Below are positions 27,825 to 38,331 of a DNA stretch of 64,000 nt, one piece after another. A program made the position numbers and the translations under genes. The DNA comes from a virus, in IMG/VR virus record IMGVR_UViG_3300001589_000003, positions 12,279 to 76,278 of that record; one strand, written 5' to 3'. The notes under the pieces are model-generated. The model was given only the letters and a program-made list of their open reading frames with translations, ran no database searches and had not been told where the DNA came from. Position 1 is the stretch's first letter. Every line of letters begins with the position of its first letter.

Positions 27825-28518
27825 TTATTGTTTAGAATACCACCTTTGTTTGGTCATGACTATTATGTTGAGGTCATCTAGTAATACTCCTAGGCCTATC
27901 ATTGCAGCCTTGTTTTCTTCGTCCTCCATTTTACTTAAGTTTATATCTTTCTCCTTAAATAATATAGCCCTGTCCAGTGCTTGAATGTATAGTTGTGGTA
28001 TAGGTATACCTTCTTCTACCAAAGCCCCTAGTTTAGATTTTATCCGGTTAAGTTCATGTAAGGAGAACCATTCCATTATGTAAGTTACTTGCCTCATTAG
28101 TTCAGTCTTATTTTGTATTCTTGTGTTAATTCTCTTTTAAGAGATTCTACATCCTCATTCCAAACCCACTCTATTAGAGTGTCAGGTACTACCATGATCT
28201 CCAGTTCTACCCATTTTTCAATGGTCTTTTGAGCTGCCTCCAATTGAGGTATATCATATATCGGTTCTGGTAGTAGCTCTCTCATGATATCATTACGTAA
28301 AGAGGTGAGCTTGCACTTAATGTAGATTCTATTCCATTGGTGTCCTTTACCAATAGTCCGTTCTCATTAACATCTACCAAATGGTACACGGTATATTCCC
28401 AGAATACCTTAGTCTGGTCATTCTTGTAGAATAGTTTAGTACCCTGTGGTACCTCATTATAATCCCATAAGGATTTGAATTTGTTTTTGGTAAGTTGTGG
28501 TTCAAATGATTTTCTCAT
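27825..28518 (-). CDS. Three small coupled hypothetical ORFs (27825-28097, 28097-28285, 28282-28518)
   Basis: Overlapping start/stop codons behind a promoter at about 28545. Confidence 0.5.
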
Positions 28519-28770
28519 GATTTTCTTATTTGATTTTCAATAATTAAATATAATCATATTATAACTCCTAAAAAACGGAATTTCCAAAATTATTGGATAG
28601 TCAAATATATAGTATAGAATAGTCTTTTGATTATCCCAAATATCCCCCACTACTGATTGTATAAGGCATTTTACATTCAATTCAAATACCTTGCACGGAG
28701 TACATAACAGAAGGAAGCCCCGAGAACCTATCAACTCGGGGTACTTCCTTACTAGATATACCTAGGAAAA

Positions 28771-29079
28771 TCAAAAACTAGGTATATGATCTGCTGTGTA
28801 GACTGTTCCAGCCCAAGTGATAGCTTCTTCTCTTATCACCCTACCTGCTTTCTTGGTTTCGGCTTTAGCAATCTGCTTAATCAAAGATGCAGTCTTTCTT
28901 CTGATACCTGAGCGAAATTTCTTTCTTGAAGGTATATCAGTTGCATCCGAAGGGTACTGATACATTAGGTCTTTTTGTTCTGTGATGACCTTTGTCACAT
29001 TTGCCTTGTTCTTGGCATCTTTCTTTTCCGTCTTATTAGCCTTGCTAATATCAACGTTTTTGTTTTTTGTTGTACTCAT
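28771..29079 (-). CDS. Basic protein with YxYP...KKFR motif
   Basis: Own promoter (TATATTTG at 29121-29128) and downstream hairpin. Confidence 0.65.
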   Translation of the reverse strand: MSTTKNKNVDISKANKTEKKDAKNKANVTKVITEQKDLMYQYPSDATDIPSRKKFRSGIRRKTASLIKQIAKAETKKAGRVIREEAITWAGTVYTADHIPSF

Positions 29080-29120
29080 GTCTCTTTTTTTTAATAAATG
29101 ATTAATTATTTTTTGTTATC

Positions 29121-29150
29121 CAAATATAAAAGAATTATTTGATTATCCAA
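29121..29150 (-). promoter_or_regulatory. Bacteroidota sigma-A type promoter; further copies at 29866, 32354, 33392, 38306 and variants at 23662, 25193, 28545
   Basis: TTG/TTTG about 20 nt upstream of TATATTTG. Confidence 0.7.
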
Positions 29151-29188
29151 TAACCTTTTTAATTAAAAACCCTGGTGTATTAGGGTTT

Positions 29189-29824
29189 TTAATTCTTGGG
29201 TAATTCAGCTTCTTTGATAATTAGGTAATTTCTAATTTGACTTATTACGTCAATTGTTAAGTGCTTTTCATTAATAATTACTATTGGCTGATTTTTGACA
29301 ACTCCGAACTTTCTATACTCTATTGGCAATATTGCCATTTCATTGTCATCATAGTTACCACGAGAATACTGAATTGCTTCTGCTAGATGCTCTATTCTTA
29401 TTTTGTCTGAATTTGCAAGTTGTGCAATTACTGAGGCCGTTTTAATCACTTTGTTCTGTTGACCTAAAGATAGCTCCATTCTATCAATGGCTGTTTTAAA
29501 TAGTGATTCACAGGATGCTGGCTTATCATATTCGGTCGGGACCATATTATTTTTTGCCTGTTTTACTCTATGTTTAATATCTTTTAATGTTTCAAAACTT
29601 GTTTTATTTGTATAGTCAGGTTTCCATATTTCAATACTCAAAAACCCATCTTCCGAAAATTTAACCCTAGAAAAGAATTTTTTAATTATGTTAAAGTCTT
29701 CTTTTGCTTTGGGGTAATTTAAGATGTTATATTCTAGTTTTATGGAGAAATCCCCTAAACAAGCTATCTCATAAGCTCTTGAAAGATTAACCCAATGGCC
29801 GACATAATTTTTATCTTTACCCAT
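29189..29824 (-). CDS. ComM/Mg-chelatase C-terminal-like protein
   Basis: KVIKTASVIAQLANSDKIRIEHLAEAIQY. Confidence 0.6.
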   Translation of the reverse strand: MGKDKNYVGHWVNLSRAYEIACLGDFSIKLEYNILNYPKAKEDFNIIKKFFSRVKFSEDGFLSIEIWKPDYTNKTSFETLKDIKHRVKQAKNNMVPTEYDKPASCESLFKTAIDRMELSLGQQNKVIKTASVIAQLANSDKIRIEHLAEAIQYSRGNYDDNEMAILPIEYRKFGVVKNQPIVIINEKHLTIDVISQIRNYLIIKEAELPKN

Positions 29825-29898
29825 GATTTCTAGTGATTTAATTCTATTAATGATTAAATGATATTCAAATATATAAATAATATAACTAGAATATCTAA

Positions 29899-30123
29899 TT
29901 AACCCCTAGATAAGATCAATTTCTTTACAGGAGTGATCTTATAGAAAGTTCCCTTTGGTTTGCTCTTAATTCTGTAGCCTTGTTCAAGGGTATCTTTCTC
30001 GAATTTGCATATAGCATAAGGTAGATTGGTCAATATTGTACCAACATGCCTTGATTTTCCTTTCTCCTTGTTCCAATGCCATTCCTCAAGGTTGTGCATC
30101 TTTGGTTTTGATGGTGCTCTCAT
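29899..30123 (-). CDS. Hypothetical protein
   Basis: ORF track. Confidence 0.45.
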   Translation of the reverse strand: MRAPSKPKMHNLEEWHWNKEKGKSRHVGTILTNLPYAICKFEKDTLEQGYRIKSKPKGTFYKITPVKKLILSRG

Positions 30124-30872
30124 TAGTTCAACATTTTTTGTCCTCCGTATCCTCGGTCTGCTCCTACCCCTTTGGCTACATTCATATTTCTTCCGGCCTC
30201 TACTCCACTCTTATACCCTGCTTGAGAGTATGGAGTTTTCTGTTTAGCATGTCCAGCATTAGGGTAATTCTCCGACATCCATTTAGATAGCTTACCTCCT
30301 TTATCTAAGACTATAGCATCTACCTTAATGTTGGTGTGCCTCTCATTCTGTTGCTCTTCTCTGAGCTTCTTCCCTATACCCTCAGCTGCTCCCCTAAGCC
30401 ATGATCTTATGTAGGTATTTCTCTTATCTCCTCCATCATAGCTCTTGAATGAATCTCTAGCTAATATTCTTAGTCTAGGTACTAACTGGTGAACCATATA
30501 GTGAGTGAACTCTCTATGCATTGGTTGTCCGATCAAATGAACCTTTAAACCTGATATAGACCCATCTGTTAGTATAGTGCAGAAATTAGGTCCAGCACAT
30601 GCATTATATAGATATACTACCCATGAAGATTCGTGTCTATTGGTAAGTTCTGAGCAATCTACATTTTCTTCATTAATGTTTTCGGTAGCGTTATCGCTCA
30701 TGTCTATCTCTGACATCTCCAACTCATACTGTATTAGCATTTGTTGTATCTTAGATGCAAAGGCTTCAGCCTCTTGAAGGTTCCCCAGTTGCCTAGCTGA
30801 CTCCTCCTTTTTCATCATCTTTCTAAGCTTGATCTTTATCTTGCCAAGCTGATCATTTTGTGTCTCATTCAT
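30123..30872 (-). CDS. DUF2786-type protein
   Basis: EAEAFASKIQQMLIQYEL N-terminus; SWLRG and AGYKSG. Confidence 0.65.
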   Translation of the reverse strand: MNETQNDQLGKIKIKLRKMMKKEESARQLGNLQEAEAFASKIQQMLIQYELEMSEIDMSDNATENINEENVDCSELTNRHESSWVVYLYNACAGPNFCTILTDGSISGLKVHLIGQPMHREFTHYMVHQLVPRLRILARDSFKSYDGGDKRNTYIRSWLRGAAEGIGKKLREEQQNERHTNIKVDAIVLDKGGKLSKWMSENYPNAGHAKQKTPYSQAGYKSGVEAGRNMNVAKGVGADRGYGGQKMLN

Positions 30873-32350
30873 AGGTCTAATAGTTGATTACATAAATCTA
30901 GTTGTTCATTTACTTTGGCCATTACCTCCATATCATCTGGGCACCTGAACCAATCCTCTTCTTCATTAAAGTCTATCTCACCCTTGGTTTTTAATAGCAT
31001 TATGTGATGGTAGAAGCTGGGTTCATGATCTTTTAGAAAGGGTACAAATGCTTTGGCTAAGTAGGGGTTTATTTTATCTTTTAAGCTAAGCATTAAATCC
31101 CTTAGTGAATTAAAGTTAGTGGCATCCTTCATTATTTCAAGCATATGATCCTTCGGCATTATACTCATTAGGTACTCATTGAAAGCATCTCTAAATTTTG
31201 GGCCATTATCCTCCGTGTAGTCTGTTATTATATGCATTACATTTTCTGACCACTTATGGTCATGCATCTGGCATTGGTATGCCTTTAGAATACTAAACTC
31301 ATCGCATACATCTCTCCACTTAGGGTGTTCTTCATTTTTGTCCAGCCAGAATACTAGCTCCTCCACTGTTTTGAATGGTTCCATGATTTTAGGGTTTATG
31401 TTTTAGTTTGATTTCCTTTTTCATCTTATTATGTACCTTTAGTATAGCATCTTGTAGTTTCCTCTTTTTAGTTACCCTCATATATACACCCTTGGAATCT
31501 GTCCTAAAGGCAATGTATTTTCTTTTTCTATTTATACCTATACAGTTGTGAATTTTATTATTGTCCTTGTCTCTGTAGTCCAGTGCATAAACTATTACGC
31601 AACCTCCTACTTCGTCTCCAACATTTGCAAAGCTCCTAGGCCTTTGTGCCTTTCTTTCCTTTGGCATAATCTTTGTATTGTCTCTTTAAACCACTTGTCC
31701 AGTCGTCCATCATCCTAGTAAATGCATTAGGTGAGAACAGAAATACTAATGACATGAACATCATTATTAATAATACCCCCATAAATAAGAAGGGTCTACC
31801 TAGTACTCTTTTTATCTTTTTCATCTTGTTGGTGTTAATATTGCATTGTTATTTCTTATCCTAACAACATACCTCTGAGTACCTATGATTATATTGTCAG
31901 GGTGATACATTGTACCTTGACTTTGTATGAATAGGTCAGGGTATGAAGTTAATGGACCTAAATCTATATCACCTCTATATGGCATCTCATCCTTGTAAAG
32001 GTACTTCCAGGTTTTCCAATCAAACCTTATCACCTTTCTATTTGGGTCTGAGTCATATGATAGTACAGCCTCTGATTCAGGTATAGCTGGTTCTGGTTCT
32101 TCTGTAGCTTTATAGTAAACCCATAACATTCCATAAAGCAATATAATAATTAGGCCAAAATATCTCATATTCCGTGGTAATAGTCTTTAAACTTAACTTT
32201 GTTTCCTACTACCCAGCTGATTATCAATGCTCTACATTGTACATCAGTTATACCTGCATGTTCAGCAATTGCAGCTGAACTGTCACCTTGATGAGATTGG
32301 ATGTAATCCCAGAGCTCATTTGATGATAATTTTTTATTTAGATTTTCCAT
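30869..32350 (-). CDS. Run of five coupled hypothetical ORFs (30869-31384, 31389-31667, 31636-31824 TM, 31821-32168 TM, 32165-32350)
   Basis: Coupled ORFs behind promoter at 32354. Confidence 0.5.
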
Positions 32351-32498
32351 ATTCAAATATATATAATCTTTAACTCTTTTCAAACAAAAAAATAGAGGAG
32401 CTATCTCAAGCTCCTCTTAGTTTGCAGTTGGTGATCTTTAGTCTTTTAAGTCCGAAATCAAAAGAATACCCTCAATTGCATTCAGATGCCTCGTTTGG

Positions 32499-32678
32499 CT
32501 ATCTGATCTCATCCATTACGTCAACTCTTAATTCTTGACATAAGGCTTTGATTTCTTGGCAAGCTTTTCTAGCTCTTTTACCTGCTGCTTTGTTCTGGTT
32601 GTCTTCAACCTTAGCAACATCCTCTTTCATACCTTTAACCAACTCTTTGATCTCTTGGTGGGTGTCTTTTAAACTCAT
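32499..32678 (-). CDS. Histone-H1-like Hc1-type small DNA-binding protein
   Basis: Translated by hand: MSLKDTHQEIKELV...NKAAGKRARKACQEIKALCQELR. Confidence 0.7.
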   Translation of the reverse strand: MSLKDTHQEIKELVKGMKEDVAKVEDNQNKAAGKRARKACQEIKALCQELRVDVMDEIR

Positions 32679-32745
32679 AATTTATAATGTTTTAGTTTTA
32701 AAAAATATAATCTTAAATAGTATAATCAATCATCTGGTAGTGATA

Positions 32746-32982
32746 CTAGTATAACTTCTCACACTCTACCAAATCATTGTTCTTTATGTGGGCATTCAAG
32801 TGTTTACCCACAGATTCCGATTGCATCAACCCTATATGCCCCGTTGGGGTTATTGGGCAGTAACTGTATATGTCGGATGAATGAAACTCTACCACTAGTG
32901 TGTGACTCTCTTTATCATACCCCACTGATTTAACATTGGAAGATTTAACTTCTGTTCTTGGTACCTCTAATAGTTTGCTCAT
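32746..32982 (-). CDS. KTSC-domain protein
   Basis: VKSSNVKSVGYD...LVVEF...YSY...SVGK. Confidence 0.8.
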   Translation of the reverse strand: MSKLLEVPRTEVKSSNVKSVGYDKESHTLVVEFHSSDIYSYCPITPTGHIGLMQSESVGKHLNAHIKNNDLVECEKLY

Positions 32983-32988
32983 GATTTT

Positions 32989-33366
32989 CTAATTTAGATA
33001 TTGGTTAAGTTCTTCATGTAAATTTAATAACCTATGAATCGGTCTAAATTTCTCTAGGTCTCCTCCATCAAAATCCTGTATCAGAGAGTGTCTAACCATC
33101 GCCATATTTATGCTATCCAATATATTAGGAAAGTCTTCGGGTTTGTCTTCCACCCTCTCCCACATGCTTATAAATTTGGTAACAGTTTCTAATATCTCTA
33201 TCGAACTACAGTCATAGCCTTCCTCATTAAACTCCCTCCTCCAGTCCTGTATCACCTTGTTTTTGGATAATCTCAGTAAGGATTTTTGTTGTTCTTTGGC
33301 TATGGTTCTTATGACTGCCCTCTGTTGAGAGGAGAGCTTTATTTTTTTTATCTTCTTTAAGTTCAT
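32989..33366 (-). CDS. Hypothetical protein
   Basis: ORF behind promoter at 33392. Confidence 0.55.
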   Translation of the reverse strand: MNLKKIKKIKLSSQQRAVIRTIAKEQQKSLLRLSKNKVIQDWRREFNEEGYDCSSIEILETVTKFISMWERVEDKPEDFPNILDSINMAMVRHSLIQDFDGGDLEKFRPIHRLLNLHEELNQYLN

Positions 33367-33418
33367 ATATCTTTATCCTTTTAGATTTTATCAAATATAA
33401 TCAATTGATAACTAGAAA

Positions 33419-33970
33419 TCAACTTAAATGTAACTCTTCTTTATCAAGATTCCCAATGTGTGGTTTCATCATAAAGTAGTAGTTAAGTTCGGCATTGGTT
33501 TGAAGTAAACCTTTCTTCCACCTACCATGGTACTTCCTCCAATCTGTGCGATCCTGTATTGTCATGATCTCTGGAAAAGTAAGAGGTACTTTCTTCTTTC
33601 TATGGTTCTGAGTATCATTAACTAACCATGGCATTTTTATTACCGAGTGAAATTTACCCTCTAGGTAGATTATTATAAATGGGGCTCTACGATCAAAAAA
33701 CCTTATCCCTATGAGGATATCAGTGTTATATTTGTCCTTCGTAGGGTCATTGTCTATGTGATCTAGTCTCACTAACCATTGACTCTTATGATGATGTCTC
33801 TTTTTCCATACTACATCCTTATTTTTCAAGTCTACAAAACCAGAGGATACAAACCTATACTGTAGTGTATAGAACATCTTTATTACCTTCTCCATGTCAG
33901 GCTTTTTAATGATCTCCTTTCTAAGTAGCTCAAATATCTCTGGTATAGTTCTTTTATCTTTCTTTTCCAT
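33419..33970 (-). CDS. Hypothetical protein
   Basis: ORF track. Confidence 0.55.
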   Translation of the reverse strand: MEKKDKRTIPEIFELLRKEIIKKPDMEKVIKMFYTLQYRFVSSGFVDLKNKDVVWKKRHHHKSQWLVRLDHIDNDPTKDKYNTDILIGIRFFDRRAPFIIIYLEGKFHSVIKMPWLVNDTQNHRKKKVPLTFPEIMTIQDRTDWRKYHGRWKKGLLQTNAELNYYFMMKPHIGNLDKEELHLS

Positions 33971-34065
33971 GTTCTTTGGGTTAAAACAAAAAAGAGCTCA
34001 AATCTAGTTAGACCGAGCTCTTTTCAAAGTACTTAAATTCAGATACCTACAACCTCGGGGTCCCC

Positions 34066-34629
34066 TTAATCGTCTGTGTCCTTTTTCTTCTTTTTCTTTT
34101 TGTCCTTCTTGTCCTTTTTTGGCTTCTCATCTTTAGTCTCAGCTTTATCCGCCTTGTCTTTCTTACCTTCTTTTTTCTTAGCAGGCTTTTTCTCAGCTGC
34201 CTTTTTCTCCTTGGCTTCTTTATCAGCTGCATCATATTTTGCAGGATCAACCAAATAATCTTCAAGGCTTACCTTGGCTCTCTTTGCAGCAGCTCTACAG
34301 TTTGCTCTGAATTTCTTACGTTGTTCTGCATCAAACCCATCTGGGTAAGCATACTTAGTAACTCTCTCCCCTTTTTCAGGTTTGTTAGCTTTCATGAAAT
34401 CCATCAACTCCTTTTTAGTTGCCTCCAAGGCATCAATTGAAGTAGTCTGATCTTTGTAAGCCTTGGCAATCTTCTTGTCCTTGTGCTTAGAATGATCCTC
34501 AGTTTTCTTGAGCTTGTTATCTTTCAATAGAGCTCTTCTTTCATTCAAAACTGTTTTCAAGTCAGTCTTGACTGTTACCAATTGTTCCTTTGCTGAATCA
34601 TAAGTCAGCTCTTGTTTCTTTTTCGCCAT
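34066..34629 (-). CDS. Lys-rich protein with YxYP...KKFR motif
   Basis: KYAYPDGFDAEQRKKFR; poly-Lys tail. Confidence 0.65.
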   Translation of the reverse strand: MAKKKQELTYDSAKEQLVTVKTDLKTVLNERRALLKDNKLKKTEDHSKHKDKKIAKAYKDQTTSIDALEATKKELMDFMKANKPEKGERVTKYAYPDGFDAEQRKKFRANCRAAAKRAKVSLEDYLVDPAKYDAADKEAKEKKAAEKKPAKKKEGKKDKADKAETKDEKPKKDKKDKKKKKKKDTDD

Positions 34630-34646
34630 TGTTTTAAAAGTTTTAG

Positions 34647-36468
34647 TTATAACTGTTTTTCATTAGAAATTCCGGCTAGAATCTCTTTGAATTCTAAAGA
34701 GTCAAATATAATTGAATCTTTTCTATTTTCCATACAAAAATCAAAATAAACTTTAGAGTCTTCTATGTTGGTATTGATCAATAGTAGTTCTTTTTTTACT
34801 CTGTATTTTAAACCCTGTTTCTGACTAGTCCACTCCAGCCAGGTTATTATTATCAAGCTACCTTCACCATGGTTCTTTATCCTATCTCTTAGGTAATCTA
34901 CCTTTCTTTGTAATTGAGATACTCTAGTTTTCCTTTTTATCTTCTCTGCCCTAGTATTATAAATCTCCTTATTGGCTATTTCTCCACATAGTAGGTCATT
35001 GGTTTCTTTCCACCTTATGATTAGTTGTTTGAGAGTTTCTCTTTCCATGCCTTACTGTATTTTTGTACTAGGTAATTAGTTAATTTCTCCTGTTTTGCTA
35101 CTGATCTGGTATATGCCTCATTCTCATCGTTTTTTAATGAATCTAGTAGATGATTTAGAGTTTCCATTATAGAATCTAGTAGAGTGTCTCTAAACTCACT
35201 AGAAACTTCCCTAGCATCCTTATGGCTGATTTTTATATTGATTCTCTTAAGTGATCTTCTACTTTTACGGTTTTTGTTACTAACCTTCCATCTTTTTACC
35301 TCGGTTAGTAATAGTACTGCAGTGTATAGGTAATCTATATATTTATTAGCAATAAGTACATCCTCATCATGGCCTATTATTGAGTAGGTTGAACATACTG
35401 TATCATCTAGTATAGCTGAGGTCTTAATTATTTTAACATCTAGGTATAGTTGTAGAATGGAGGACAGTGGGTCCAACCATTGTGGTATGTTACCACATAC
35501 TTGGAGTAGATTTACATTAACCTTTACTGGGTTGAATTCTTTTCGATGGGTTTCCTTGATAGCTACTATGTACCTATGAGCATCAGTTAGTTTCTCGGGT
35601 ATCTTGAGTCTGTAGGATAGTTTGGGGCTACTTACAGTTCTAAGAGTGGTCTTGATTTTTCCAGTTAGGTGACTCATTTTGGTTTGGTAAGATTATACTA
35701 GATTTTGTTTTAGTTGGTTCAGGGTCTAGCTCCTGTAGTATCTGTTTTAGCTCCTCCTTGAAAGCTTTAGCATCTTGTTTTATCAATTGGTGCATCTCAT
35801 CATTAAGCTCCCCGAACTTAAATACACTAGCATCCATTGCCATCTCACCGGCAGTCATCATTATCCAAAGAGAATTAGCCATACCAAATGTTATTGGTAA
35901 GTCTACCGCTTCTTCTTCGAGCTCTCTTGTTGATCTTTTGTGAATCTGTCTATCATTGACTTCACTGGGGCTCTGTCTTTTTCCATCCATGTTAGTAATT
36001 CTTTTCTAGTTGTACATATTACTAGGGGTGGTACCATTGGTAGTGTTACCATACTGGCTCCTACTGGTAATAGAGCTTTCATCGTAGTATTAGCTGTACC
36101 TTTTTCTCTAGCATTATCCATATCATCTGCCTTGGCTACATTGTGCTTCATTATCCTATTGAACTCAATGTACCATGTTTTCTTGTTCCTACTCTTTGGA
36201 TGAATAAGAGATTTTACTACCTGAGTAGTCATTATACTCTGTGTTTGTGGGTCTATGAAGAATATTTCATCTCCTACCTCTGATTCTGAAAATGGTTTTT
36301 TCATAGCTCTAGGGTTGAAATGTTAGAATCACCCTTGCTTTCATTTATCTCCTTTTGTACCAATTTACTAACCCTGTGGGCTATCGTGGTATCATATGGA
36401 TGAGTTAGATGTTCTTTTGTAAAACTATCTAGCATTGATTTGAATGATATAAGCTCGGGTCTATTCAT
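34647..36468 (-). CDS. Run of hypothetical ORFs (34647-35048, 35021-35677, 35640-35990, 35903-36304, 36301-36468)
   Basis: Overlapping ORFs; the last was found by hand. Confidence 0.5.
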
Positions 36469-36513
36469 AATAAGTGGGTTTAAAAAAAGGAGCCATCTCT
36501 GGCTCCCTAGGGT

Positions 36514-36990
36514 TTATTTTTTCTTTTTCTTCTTTTTCTTTTTGTCTTTTTTGTCATCGTCCTCCTCAGTGTCCTCCCAGTTAACATCACCCCCTCCATC
36601 AAGGTTTAGTTCTTCTTTAACCATGTCTCTAAGATCATCAAGGTCATCAGCATTATCTGGGTCCAAGTCTAGCTTATCAGCCTTGATAAGTTTTTTGAGC
36701 TCTTTCTTGTTCATACCATCAATCTCATCAGCTGTGTGAGTAGCTGCTTCTTCTTTAGGCTCTTCTTTCTTAGCCTTCTTTTCTTTTTTAGGCTTTTCCT
36801 CCTTCTCTACTACCTCAGCCTCTGGGTCTGGAACTAGAGTGCTCAATGATTCAAGATCATCAAACCCAACTATCACCTGAACTATCAGAGCAGTATTATC
36901 ATTGAATTGAATAGATAAGGCACCCGAGGATAGCACCTCTGAGCTCTCAATCTGTTTACCTGCGTAAATGTCTCCTTTTGCTTTTGCCAT
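36514..36990 (-). CDS. Charged protein with SAP/HeH-like motif and poly-Lys tail
   Basis: EIDGMNKKELKKLIK. Confidence 0.55.
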   Translation of the reverse strand: MAKAKGDIYAGKQIESSEVLSSGALSIQFNDNTALIVQVIVGFDDLESLSTLVPDPEAEVVEKEEKPKKEKKAKKEEPKEEAATHTADEIDGMNKKELKKLIKADKLDLDPDNADDLDDLRDMVKEELNLDGGGDVNWEDTEEDDDKKDKKKKKKKKK

Positions 36991-37093
36991 TTTTTATTTA
37001 TTGTTTAATTGTTAAAATACTTGGTAATATAAAGGGTAGCTTTCGTTTGCCACTAGTCACTACCCTTTACTAATCAACCATTCATTACTAGTC

Positions 37094-37348
37094 CTACACT
37101 AGTTTCTTAAACCTCAAGGTTGCTATACCTTCTTGGTCGGCATCTGCCAATGTTTGCTTAGCCATCTGTCTCTGTAAGTTGTTAAAGTTAGAAACTTCCT
37201 TGGATTTCATAACAATTTCGGTAGACATTATATTTAACTCTGATTCTGCTGCTAGCTCATTGGCTTCACTCTCATCAAATTTCATTTCTACATCAGTGCC
37301 ATTTCTAGTTAGTTTGGCTTTTACTTCAAATGTTTTTATTGTGTGCAT
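37094..37348 (-). CDS. Hypothetical protein
   Basis: ORF track. Confidence 0.5.
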   Translation of the reverse strand: MHTIKTFEVKAKLTRNGTDVEMKFDESEANELAAESELNIMSTEIVMKSKEVSNFNNLQRQMAKQTLADADQEGIATLRFKKLV

Positions 37349-37694
37349 TTTCCTGGTCTTTTAGTTTTCTCTCTCTTCTTCTTAAAATAGTTCTAAAGTT
37401 CTTTTTTGATTGAACCGTTATACGTTTTGCTGGATAATCATATTTTTCTACTGGTATGGATGTCATTTCATGTTTCCATAATAGTACTTTAAATTTAAGC
37501 CCATGTATTAATGCCTTCTCACCTTTTATTACTATATACCTTCTAAAGTTATGTCCAAGGTAATCTTCGATAGCTTTAATAGCATGTCCTTTCTTTTTAA
37601 ATGTATTCCTAAACAATACAGGGCTATGAAGTATTGTGCAGTCCACAACATAGTACCTCTTAGGTTTTATTTTCTTTTTTCTCCAACTCATCAA
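37326..37694 (-). CDS. Basic protein with YxYP...KKNFR motif
   Basis: KYDYPAKRITVQSKKNFRTILRRR. Confidence 0.55.
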   Translation of the reverse strand: MMSWRKKKIKPKRYYVVDCTILHSPVLFRNTFKKKGHAIKAIEDYLGHNFRRYIVIKGEKALIHGLKFKVLLWKHEMTSIPVEKYDYPAKRITVQSKKNFRTILRRRERKLKDQENAHNKNI

Positions 37695-38280
37695 TAGCTC
37701 GTTTCATCCACATCTTAACCGATTTCTCTAGGGCATCTGGAAATACCTTCTTTACCTCCAAGTACATCTTAGGAGCAAAGTTCTTGTATAGCTCTTTTAC
37801 CTCGTATTTGTGTCTCAGCTTATCATATAGATCACTAGTTAAATCATAGGTTAAACTTTTCTTGGTACCTTCGTATATACCAAACTTATTCTTACTCTTC
37901 TTTTCTCGTTTTTTCTTTGGTATTCTAGTCTTTCTTAAGGACTTAGTTTTAACGGTGATGTTATTATCCTCATCCGTATTTGAAAATCTTTTAAATTGCC
38001 TTACTGGGTCTTTCTTTTTATAACCCCTCTTTTTCAATTGTTTGTCCATCCATAGGTCGAAGTCTTCCAACAACTCCCTGTCCATAGGTTGGTCGTAGTT
38101 TCTTATAAACCAAGATGATAGTGAACCCTGATCCCCTTCGACTAGCTCATCGAAGTCCATACCCCTCATAATACAGGCAGCTTGTAAATCTCTGTATACA
38201 AATGAGGCTAATTCCTTATAAGCAGAATATTTAGGGTGGTCCCTGCTTATGTTTAGATTGAATTTGTTTTTTCTTGACAT
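37660..38280 (-). CDS. Hypothetical basic protein
   Basis: ORF behind promoter at 38306. Confidence 0.6.
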   Translation of the reverse strand: MSRKNKFNLNISRDHPKYSAYKELASFVYRDLQAACIMRGMDFDELVEGDQGSLSSWFIRNYDQPMDRELLEDFDLWMDKQLKKRGYKKKDPVRQFKRFSNTDEDNNITVKTKSLRKTRIPKKKREKKSKNKFGIYEGTKKSLTYDLTSDLYDKLRHKYEVKELYKNFAPKMYLEVKKVFPDALEKSVKMWMKRAIDELEKKENKT

Positions 38281-38331
38281 GATTTTTTATTGAATGAATG
38301 ATATTCAAATATATAATAAATCATAGATAGA

